Source: Haplodiscus bocki (taxonomy: Eukaryota). From it: a DNA stretch of 64,000 nt. This document shows positions 13,301 to 25,300 of the stretch, one piece after another (the first letter of the stretch is position 1; every line of letters starts with the position of its first letter). The notes beneath the pieces were generated by a model that was given only the letters and a program-made list of their open reading frames with translations, searched no databases and was not told the origin of the DNA. The stretch covers positions 110,298,001 through 110,362,000 of the forward strand of contig OZ296648.1 of assembly GCA_965655095.1 (NCBI GenBank). Direction: 5' to 3'. A program made the translations under genes and the position numbers.

Positions 13301-16300
13301 ACCTGGTTTGAAAGCTAATGTTGATTTGGACGAAACTTGCGATCAGCGTCGAGAGAGCTCGTTGGAAAACTACTATAGCCCGCTATGAATGGTGGACCAG
13401 ATCTCTCTTCTGATACCAGTAACCTCGCGGCCTGTTTCAGCAGCAAAAGTACGCGACCTGAGACGCGCAAAAAAACTCAATCGTAGATTGCAGTTTGAGA
13501 AGTATATCCCACTTACTTTTCCAAATTTTGGTTTTTCAAAGGATTGGAATATACTGGTATTCACTGATGCATCTTTCTCCAATGTTCGTGATACTAGAAC
13601 ACAAGGGGGATTTTTGATATTTCTCGTCAATGAGAAAACGCTTCAGGTATGCCTTCTTTCTTGGCGTAGATCTAGACTACGCAGAGTTGCCAGATCTAGA
13701 CTTTCTGCTGAGGCAATTGCTTGTATTGAAAGAGCAGATACGGCGGTTTTCTTCACGAGACTTCTCTATGGTTTTCTTAACAGTTAAATCCCTACCTTCG
13801 TGAAATCCGACAACCATTCTCTCATAGATGCAGTGTATTCGACTAAGCAAATAGCCGATAAAAGGCTCGGAGTCGATATTTGCTACTTGAGATCCTTAAT
13901 CAACGACAAACTGGTTGCACAATACTAACAATCTTCTAAACCATCCCAGTGCCCGGAATAGTGGGCTACCCGCACTGAACACCGAGGTTTCATCCGATGT
14001 TATCAGAAAAAAACTTGTGGCGCTCAATTCGGCGAGGCAGTCATTCATTCAAGTGGAATCATCTAAAAGGATTAAAAGAGCACTGAGATGCAAAACGAGG
14101 CCAGGTAATTCAAATGTCTCTACTGGAGACAGCGTTTTCTTCTATAGGTCAAAAAAGTGGCATGGGCCGGGCAAATTCATTGGGAAAGATGGAAAAATTA
14201 TTTTTGTTAGACACAGCGGAAGTCTATACAAAGTGCACGATACTGAAGTCAGACTGCTCAGATATCCGTCCATGTCTACACCGCCACATGATCGAGTTAT
14301 CCCGATTCCGACGAATGAAACTCAAATAGGAAGTGTATATAACGCTGAGTTACCAAGAGAGTGCGCTGACTCGGAGAATGAACGGGAAGAACTAGAGCCG
14401 AAGGATGAATCGGTCCCTACAACAATTAGCAAAGACTACAATCGAGGAAATGACCGAGAATCGGGGTTGCAGTCGCAGCTGGTTGTTGGTATTTCCGAAA
14501 AGAAAGTTCCGGTCTCAGGTTATTTGTCTATCCCAAGGACGAATGAACATATCCGTATATTCTCCAACTCTTGAGAAGAACCCGTGACAGGAATTTTTGT
14601 CAGCAAGGCCGGAAAAGCAGGTGGTATTCATAAAAATTGGCTAAATATCGACTATTTCAGCCGTGACACATTAATTGGACAACGGGGTCCAATTGATTTC
14701 AAAAACGATGTTTCGCACTGGGAAACTGTCGAAAACACAGAATCCGTCCTTATTACGGGTGTGCCAGATGTTACAGGAGACGAATACGCGGGAGCCAAAC
14801 GACAGGAACTTCTGTCTTGGCAGACAAACCAAGTTTTTCACGCTGTTGATAACGTAGGTCAAACTGCAATTGAAACCAGGTGGGTTCTAACCACCAAACC
14901 AGACGGATCTGGTAAGGACACTGGTTGCTAAGGTCTTCCAGGATCCCGATCTTGATAAACTGGTAAAAGCTTCGCCAACTTGCTCACGGGACGCATTTCG
15001 TGTGGTTTTGGCTACTTCAAGTTGCCAAAATTGGATCCATCAGACCTTCGATAAAACCACAGCATTCTTCCAAGGTAAACATCTGGAGCGACCTGTTTAC
15101 TTTGTCCCGCCTTCTAAAAGCAAAGTGGCTTCCAAAAATGTCTCATGGAAATTGGACAAAAGCGTATATGGATCAAACGATGCGTCCAGGATGTGGTTTG
15201 AGAAGGTGTGTGATAAGTGGAAGTTACTTGGCGCCATTCAGTCTGATTTCTATCCATGTATTTTCATATGGAAGAACGAAAACGTTTTACAAGTATGATA
15301 GCCACGCATGTTGATAATTTTTGGATTTCTGGAGAAAATTCGGGTGTACGCTCGTTAATCTGCTCATTGCGAAAGGAAAGTATCATTGGTATGGTTCAAG
15401 ATCTTCTAGGCAGATCATTTGAGAATGGAATTGAGAGCCGCAGGTGCGAATAATCAAATGAACTTTAGTCAGTATATTCAGACGATCTCAAATTTACAAA
15501 ATTCAACCTGGTTTGAAAGCTAATGTTGATTTGGACGAAACTTGCGATCAGCGTCGAGAGAGCTCGTTGGAAAACTACTATAGCCCGCTATGAATGGTGG
15601 ACCAGATCTCTCTTCTGATACCAGTAACCTCGCGGCCTGTTTCAGCAGCAAAAGTACGCGACCTGAGACGCGCAAAAAAACTCAATCGTAGATTGCAGTT
15701 TGAGAAGTATATCCCACTTACTTTTCCAAATTTTGGTTTTTCAAAGGATTGGAATATACTGGTATTCACTGATGCATCTTTCTCCAATGTTCGTGATACT
15801 AGAACACAAGGGGGATTTTTGATATTTCTCGTCAATGAGAAAACGCTTCAGGTATGCCTTCTTTCTTGGCGTAGATCTAGACTACGCAGAGTTGCCAGAT
15901 CTAGACTTTCTGCTGAGGCAATTGCTTGTATTGAAAGAGCAGATACGGCGGTTTTCTTCACGAGACTTCTCTATGGTTTTCTTAACAGTTAAATCCCTAC
16001 CTTCGTGAAATCCGACAACCATTCTCTCATAGATGCAGTGTATTCGACTAAGCAAATAGCCGATAAAAGGCTCGGAGTCGATATTTGCTACTTGAGATCC
16101 TTAATCAACGACAAACTGGTTGCACAATACTAACAATCTTCTAAACCATCCCAGTGCCCGGAATAGTGGGCTACCCGCACTGAACACCGAGGTTTCATCC
16201 GATGTTATCAGAAAAAAACTTGTGGCGCTCAATTCGGCGAGGCAGTCATTCATTCAAGTGGAATCATCTAAAAGGATTAAAAGAGCACTGAGATGCAAAA

Positions 16301-19300
16301 CGAGGCCAGGTAATTCAAATGTCTCTACTGGAGACAGCGTTTTCTTCTATAGGTCAAAAAAGTGGCATGGGCCGGGCAAATTCATTGGGAAAGATGGAAA
16401 AATTATTTTTGTTAGACACAGCGGAAGTCTATACAAAGTGCACGATACTGAAGTCAGACTGCTCAGATATCCGTCCATGTCTACACCGCCACATGATCGA
16501 GTTATCCCGATTCCGACGAATGAAACTCAAATAGGAAGTGTATATAACGCTGAGTTACCAAGAGAGTGCGCTGACTCGGAGAATGAACGGGAAGAACGCG
16601 AGCCGAATGATGAATCCGTCCCTACAACAATTAGCAAAGACGACAATCGAGGAAAAGACCAAGAAACGGGGTTGCAGTCGCAGCTGGTTGCTCGTATTTC
16701 CGACAAGAAAACTTCCGGTCCCAGGTTATTTGTCTATCCCAAGGACGAATGAACATATCCGTATATTCTCCAACTCTTGAGAAGAACCCGTGACAGGAAT
16801 TTTTGTCAGCAAGGCCGGAAAAGCAGGTGGTATTCATAAAAATTGGCTAAATATCGACTATTTCAGCCGTGACACATTAATTGGACAACGGGGTCCAATT
16901 GATTTCAAAAACGATGTTTCGCACTGGGAAACTGTCGAAAACACAGAATCCGTCCTTATTACGGGTGTGCCAGATGTTACAGGAGACGAATACGCGGGAG
17001 CCAAACGACAGGAACTTCTGTCTTGGCAGACAAACCAAGTTTTTCACGCTGTTGATAACGTAGGTCAAACTGCAATTGAAACCAGGTGGGTTCTAACCAC
17101 CAAACCAGACGGATCTGGTAAGGACACTGGTTGCTAAGGTCTTCCAGGATCCCGATCTTGATAAACTGGTAAAAGCTTCGCCAACTTGCTCACGGGACGC
17201 ATTTCGTGTGGTTTTGGCTACTTCAAGTTGCCAAAATTGGATCCATCAGACCTTCGATAAAACCACAGCATTCTTCCAAGGTAAACATCTGGAGCGACCT
17301 GTTTACTTTGTCCCGCCTTCTAAAAGCAAAGTGGCTTCCAAAAATGTCTCATGGAAATTGGACAAAAGCGTATATGGATTAAACGATGCGTCCAGGTTGT
17401 GGTTTGAGAAGGTGCGTCATAAGTGGAAGTTACCTGGCGCCATTCAGTCTGATTTCTAACCATGTATTTTCATAAGGAAGAATGAAAAAGGTTTACAAGG
17501 TATCTTTGCCACGCATGTTGATAACTTTTGGAATACTGGAGAAAATTCGGGTGTACGCTCGTTAATCTGCTCATTGCGAAAGGTATGTAACCTTGGTAAG
17601 GTCCAGGAGTTTCCAGCAGATCATTTGGGAAACAAATTGACAGCCGCAGGTGCGAATATTCAAATGAACCTTAGTCAGTATAATCATACGATCTCAAATT
17701 TACAAATTCAACCTGGTTCGAAAGCTAATGTTGATTTGGGCGAAACTTGCGATCAGCGTTGAGAGAGCTCGTTGGAAAACTACTATAGCCCGCTAAGAAT
17801 GGTGGACCAGATCTCCCTTCTGATACCAGTAACCTCGCGGCCTGTTTCAGCAGCAAAAGTACGCGACCTGAGGCGCGCAAAAAACTCAATCGTAGATTGC
17901 AGTTTGAGAAGTATATCCCACTTAGTTTTCCAAGTTTGGGTCTTTCAAAGGATTGGAATATACTGGTATTCACTGATGCTTCTTTCTCCAATCTTCGTGA
18001 CACTAGAACACAAGGGGGATTTTTGATATTTCTCGTCAGTGAGAAAACGCTTCAGGCATGTCTTCTTTCATGGCGTAGATCTAGACTACGCAGAGTTGCC
18101 ATATCTAGACTTTCTGCTGAGGCAATTGCCTGTATTGAAAGAGCAGATACGGCGGTTTTCATCAAGACACTTCTGTATGGTATTCCGAACAGTGATATCC
18201 CATCTTCGTGCAATCCGACAACCATTCTTTCATAGATGCAGTGTATTCGACTAATCAAGTAGCCGATAAAATGCTCGGAGTCGATATTTGTTACTTGAGA
18301 TCCTTAATCAACGAAAAGTTGGTTGCACAATACAACCAATCTTCTAAACCATCCCAGTGCCCTGAATAGTGGGCTACCCGCGCTGAACACCGAGGTTTCA
18401 TCCGATGTTATCAGAAAAAACCTTGTGGCGCTCAATTCGGCGAGGCAGTCATTCATTCAAGTGGAATCATCTCAAAGGATTAAAAGAGCACTGAGATGCA
18501 AAACGAGGCCAGTTAATTCAAATGTCTCTACTGGAGACAGCGTTTTCCTCTATAGGTCAAAAAAGTGGCATGGGCCTGGCAAATTCATTGGGAAAGATGG
18601 AAAAATTATTTTTGTTGGACACAGCGGAAGTCTATATAAAGTGCACGATACTGAAGTCAGACTGGTCAGATATCCGTCCATGTCTACACCGCCACAAGAT
18701 CGAGTTATCCCCATTCCGACGAATGAAACTCAAATAGGAAGTGTATATAACGCTGAGCTACCAAGAAAGTGCGGTGGCTCAGAGGATGAACGGGAAGAAC
18801 GCGAGTCGAATGATGAAGCCGTCCCTAGAACAATTAGCAAAGACGACAATCGAGGAAATGACCAAGAATCGAGGGTGCAGTCGCAGCAGGTTGTTCGTAT
18901 CTCCGACAAGAAAGTTCCTGTCTCAGGTTATTTGTCTATCCCGAGGAGGAATGAACATATCCGTATATTCTCCAACTCTTGAGAAAAACCCGTGACAGGA
19001 AATGTTGCCAGCAAGGCCGGAAGAGCCGGTGGTATTCATAGAACTTGGCTAAATATCGAGTATACCAGCCCTCACATATTAATTGGACAACGGGGACCAA
19101 TTGATTTCCGAAACGATGTTTCGCACTGGGAAACTGTCGAAAACACAAAATCCGTTTTTATTGCGGGTGTACCAGATGTTACAGGAGACGAATACGCGGG
19201 AGCCAAACGACAGGAACTTCTGTCTTGGCAGACAAACCAAGTTTTTTACGCTGTTGCTAACGTAGGTCAAACTGCAATTGACACCAGGTGGGTTCTAACT

Positions 19301-22300
19301 ACCAAATCAGACGGATCTGGTAAAGGCACTGGTTGCTAAGGGCTTCCTGGATCCCGATCTTGATAAACTGGTAAAAGCTTCGCCAACTTCCTCACGGGAC
19401 GCATTTCGTGTGGTTTTGGCTACTTCAAGTTAACAAATTTGGATCCATCGGACCTTCGATAAACCCACAGCATTCTTCCAAGGTAAACATCAGGAGCGAC
19501 CTGTTTATTTGTCCCGCATTCTAAAAGCAAAGTGGCTTCCAAAAATGTCTCATGGAAATTGGACAAAAACGTATATTGATTAAACGATGCGTCCAGGATG
19601 TGGTTTGAGAAGGTGCGTCATAAGTGGAGGTTACCTGGCGCCATTCAGTCTGATTTCTAACCATGTATTTTCATATGGAAGAATGAAAACGGTTTACAAG
19701 GTATCTTTGCCACGCATGTTGATAATTATTGGATTTCTGCAGAAAATTCGGGTGTACGCTCGTTAATCTGCTCATTGCGAAAGGTATGTAACCTTGGTAA
19801 GGTTCAAGATTTTCCAGCAGATCATTTGGGAAACAAATTGACAGCCGCAGGTGCGAATATTCAAATGCACCTTAGTCAGTATAATCAGACGATCTCAAAT
19901 TTACAAATTCAACCTGGTTTGAAAGCTAATGTTGATTTGGATGAAACTTGCGATCAGCGTTGAGAGAGCTCGTTGGAAAACTACTATAGCCCGCTATGAA
20001 TGGTGGACCAGATCTCTCCTCTCATACCAGTAACCTCGCGGCCTGTTTCAGCAGCAAAAGTACGCGACCTGAGGCGCGCAAAAAAACTCAATCGTAGATT
20101 GCAGTTTGAGAAGTAAATCCCACTTAGTTTTCCAAATTTGGGTCTTTCAAATGATTGGAATATACTGGTATTTACTGATGCACCTCTGTCCAATGTTCGT
20201 GAAATTAGAACACAAGGGGGATTTTTGATATTTTTCGTCAATGTGAAAACGCTTCAGGCATGTCTTCCTTCATGGTGTAGCTCTAGACTACGCAAAATTG
20301 ACAGATCGAGACTTTCTGCTGAGGCAATTGCTTGTATTGGAAGAGCAGATACGGCGGTTTTCATCAAGACACTTCTGTATGGTATTCTGAACAGTGATCT
20401 CCTATCTTCGTGAAATTCGACAACCATTCTCTCATAGATGCAGTGTATTCGACTAAGCAAGTCACCGATAAAAGGCTCAGAGTCGGTATTCGAAACTTCA
20501 GATCCTTAATCAACGACAAACTGGTTGCACAATTTCAAGAATTTTCTAAATCACCCAGTGCCCTGAATAGTCGGCTACCCGCGCTGAATACCGATGTTTC
20601 ATCCGACGTTATCAGAAAGCACCTTGTGCCGCTTAATTATGCGAGGCAGGCATTCATTCAAGTGGAATCATCTGAAAGGTTTAATTGAGCACGGAGATGC
20701 AAAACGAGGCCAGGCAATTCAAATGTCTCTACTGGAGACAGAGTTTTCTTCTATAGGTCAAAAAAGTGGCATGGGCCTGGCAAATTCATTGGGAAAGATG
20801 GAAAAATTATATTTGTTAGACACAGCGGAAGTCTATACAAAGTGCACGATACTGAAGTCAGACTGGTCAGATATCCGTCCTTGTCTACACCGCCACATGA
20901 TCGAGTTATCCCCATTCCGACGAATGAAACTCAAATAGGAAGTGTATATAACGCTGAGCTACCAAGAAAGTGCGGTGGCTCAGAGGATGAACGGGATGAA
21001 CGCGAGTCGAATGATGAAGCCGTCCCTAGAACAATTAGCAAAGACGACAACCGAGGAAATGACCAAGAATCGAGGGTGCAGTCGCAGCAGGTTGTTCGTA
21101 TCTCCGACAAGAAAGTTCCTGTCTCAGGTTATTTGTCTATCCCGAGGAGGAATGAACATATCCGTAAATTCTCCAACTCTTGGGAAGAACCCGTGACAGG
21201 AAATGTTGCCAGCAAGGCCGGAAAAGCCGGTGGTATTCATAGAACTTGGCTAAATATCGAGTATACCAGCCCTCACACATTAATTGGACAACGGGGACCA
21301 ATTGATTTCCGAAACGATGTTTCGCACTGGGAAACTGTCGAAAACACAAAATCCGTCCTCATTACGGGTGTCCCAGATGTTACAGGAGACGAATACGCGG
21401 GAGCCAAACGACAGGAACTTCTGTCTTGGCAGACAAACCAAGTTTTTCACGCTGTTGTTAACGTAGGTCAAACTTCAATTGACAGCAAGTGGGTTCTAAC
21501 TACCAAATCAGACGGATCTGATAAGGGCACTGGTTGGTAAGGGCTTCCTGGATCCCGATCTTGATAAACTGGTAAAAGCTTCGCCAACTTGCTCGCGGGA
21601 CACATTTCGTGTGGTTTTGGTTACTTCAAGTTCCCAAACTTGGATCCATCAGACCTTCGAGAAAACCACAGCATTCCTCACAGGTAAACATCTGGAGCGA
21701 CCTGTTTACCTTGTCCCGCCTTATAAAAGCAAAGTGGCTTCCAAAAATGTCTCATGGAAATTGGACAAAAGCGTATATGGATTAAACGATGCGTCCAGGA
21801 TGTGGTTTGAGAAGGTGTGTCATCAGTGGAAGTTACTTGGCGCAATTCAGTCTGACTTCTATCCATGTATTTTCATATGGAAGAATGAAAACGTTTTACA
21901 AGGTATCTTAGCCAAGCATGTTGATAATTTTTGCATTTCTGGAGAAAATTCGGGTGTACGCTCGTTAATCTGCTCATTTCGAAAGGTATCCATCCTTGGT
22001 AAGGTTCAAGATCTTCCAGCAGATCATTTGGGAATCAAATTGACAGCCGCAGGTGCGAATATTCAAATGAACCTTAGTCAGTACTTTCAGACGATCTCAA
22101 AATATCAAATTCAACCCAGTTTGAAAGCTGATGATAATTTGGATGAAACTCTCGATCAGCGTTGAGAGAGCTCGTTGGAAAACTACTATAGCCCGCTACG
22201 AATGGTGGACCAGATCTCTCTTCTGATACCAGTAACCTCGCGGCCTGTTTCAGTAGCAAAAGTACGCGGCCTGTGGCGGGCAAAAAATTTCAATCGTAGA

Positions 22301-25300
22301 TTGCAGTTTGAGAAGTATATCCCAATTTGTTTTCCAAATTTGGGTCTGTCAAAGGATTGGATTATACTGGTTTTTACTGATGCACCTTTGTCCAATGTTC
22401 GTGATATTAGAACACAAGGGGGATTTTTGATATTTTTCGTCAATATGAAAACGCTTCAGGCATGTCTTCCTTCATGGTGTAGCTCTAGACTATGCAAAAT
22501 TGCCAGATCGAGACTTTCTGCTGAGGCAATTGCCTGTATTGGAGGAGCAGATACGGCGGTTTTCATCAAGACACTTCTGTATGGTATTCTGAACAGTGAT
22601 CTCCTATCTTCGTGAAATTCGACAACCATTCTCTCATAGATGCAGTGTATTCGACTAAGCAAGTCACCGATAAAAGGCTCAGAGTCGGTATTCGAAACTT
22701 CAGATCCTTAATCAACGACAAACTGGTTGCACAATTTCAAGAATTTTCTAAATCACCCAGTGCCCTGAATAGTCGGCTACCCGCGCTGAATACCGATGTT
22801 TCATCCGACGTTATCAGAAAGCACCTTGTGCCGCTTAATTATGCGAGGCAGGCATTCATTCAAGTGGAATCATCTGAAAGGATTAAAAGAGCACTGAGAT
22901 GCAGATCGAGGCCAGGTAATTCAGTTGTCTCTACTGGACACAGTGTTTTCTTCTATAGGTCAAAAAAGTGGCATGGGCCTGGCAATGTCACTGGGAAAGA
23001 TGGAGAAATTTTATTTGTTAGACACAGCGGAAGTCTATACAAAGTGCACGATACTGAAGTCAGATTGGTCATATATCCGTCCATGTCTACACCGCCACAT
23101 GATCGAGTTATCCCGATTCCGACGAATGAAACTCAAATGGGAAGTGTATATAACGCTGAGTTACCAAGAGAGTGCGGTGACTCGGAGGATGAACGGGAAG
23201 AACGCGAGCCGAATAATGAATCCGTCCCTACAACAATTAGCAAAGACGACAATAGAGGAAATGACCAAGAATCGGGGTTGCAGTCGCAGCTGGTTGTTCG
23301 TATTTCCGACCAGAAATTTCCGGTCTCAGGTTATTTGTCTATCCCGAGGAGGAATGAACATATCCGTATATTCTCCAACTCTTGAGAAGAACCCGTGACA
23401 GAAATTGTTGTCAACCAAGCCGGTGGTAAACATAAAATTGGCTAAGTATCGACTGTACCAGGCCTGACACTTTAATTGGACAACGTGGTCCAATTGATTT
23501 CAAAAACGATGTTTCGCACTGGGAAACTGTCGAAAACACAGAATCCGTACTTATTGCGGGTGTACCAGATGTTACAGGAGACGAATACGCGGGAGCCAAA
23601 CGACAGGAACTTCTGTCTTGGCAGACAAACCAAGTGTTTCACGCTGTTGATAACGTATGTCAAACTGCAATTGACACCAGGTGGGTTCTAACCACCAAAC
23701 CAGACGGATGTGGTAAGGCCACTAGTTGCTACGGGCTTCCAGGATCCCGATCTTGATAAACTGGTAAAAGCTTCGCCAACTTGCTCACGAGCCGCAATTC
23801 GTGTGGTTTTGGCTACTTCAAGTTGCCAAAATTGGATACATCAGACATTCGATAAAACCACAGCATCCCTCCAAGGTAAACATCTGGAGCGACATGTTTA
23901 CTTTGTCCCGCCTTCTAAAAGCAAAGTGCCTTCCAAAAATATCTCACGGAATTTGGACAAAAGCGTATATGGATTAAACGATGCGTCCAGTATGTGGTTT
24001 GAGAAGGTGTGTGATAAGTGGAAGTTACTTGGCGCCATTCAGTCTGATTTCTATCCATGTATTTTCTTATGGAAGAATGAAAACGGCTTAAAAGGTATCT
24101 TAGCCACGCATGTTGATAATTTTTGGATTTCTCGAGAAAATTCGGGTGTACGCTCGTTAACCTGCTCATTGCGAAAGATATGTATCCTTGGTAAGGTTCA
24201 AGATCTTCCAGCAGATAAATTGGGAATGAAATTGACAGCCGCAGGTGCGAATATTCAAATGAACGTTAGTCAGTATGTTCAGACGATCTCAAAATATCAA
24301 ATTCAACCTGGTTTGAAAGCTGATGATGATTTGGATGAAACTTGCGATCAGCGTTGAGACAGCTCGTTGGAAAACTACTATAGCCCGCTACGAATGGTGG
24401 ACCAGGTCTCTCTTCTGATACCAGTAACCTCGAGGCCTGTTTCAGTAGCAAAAGTACGCGGCCTGAGGCGGGCAAAAAAACTCAATCGTAGATTGCAGTT
24501 TGAGAAGTATATCCCACTTAGTTTTCCAAAATTGGGTCTTTCAAAGGATTGGATTATACTGGTATTTACTGATGCATCTTTGTCCAATGTTCGTGATATT
24601 AAAACACAAGGGGGATTTTTGATATTTTCCGTCAATGTGAAAACGCTTCAGGCATGTCTTCTTTCATGGTGTAGCTCTAGACTACGCAGAATTGCCAGAT
24701 CTAGATTTTCTGCTGAGGCAATTGCCTGTATTGAAGGAGCAGATACGGCGGTTTTCATCAAGACACTTCTGTATGGTATTCTGAAGAGTGATATCCTATC
24801 TTCAAGAAATCCGACAACCATTCTCTCATAGATGCAGTGTATTCCACTAAGCAACTCGCCGATAAAAGGCTCAGGGTCGATATTTGCTACTTGAGATTCT
24901 TATCCAAGGACAAACTGGTTGCAGAATCCAACCAAGCTTCTAAATCATCCCGTTGCCCCGAATATTCGGCTACCCGCGCTGAATACCGATGTTTCATCCG
25001 ACGTTATCAGAAAGCACCTTGTGGCGCATAATTCGGCGAGGCTGGCATTTGTTCAAGTGGAATCATCTGAAAGGATTAAATGAGCACTGAGATGCAAACC
25101 GAGGCCAGGTAATTCAAATGTCTCTACTGGAGACAGCGTTTTCTTCTATAGGTCAAAAAAGTGCCATGGGCCTGGCAATGTCACTGGGAAAGATGGAGAA
25201 AGTATATTTGTTAGACACAGCGGAAGTCTATACAAAGTGCACAATACTGAAGACAGATTGGTCAGATATCCGTCCATGTCTACACCGCCACGTGATCGAG

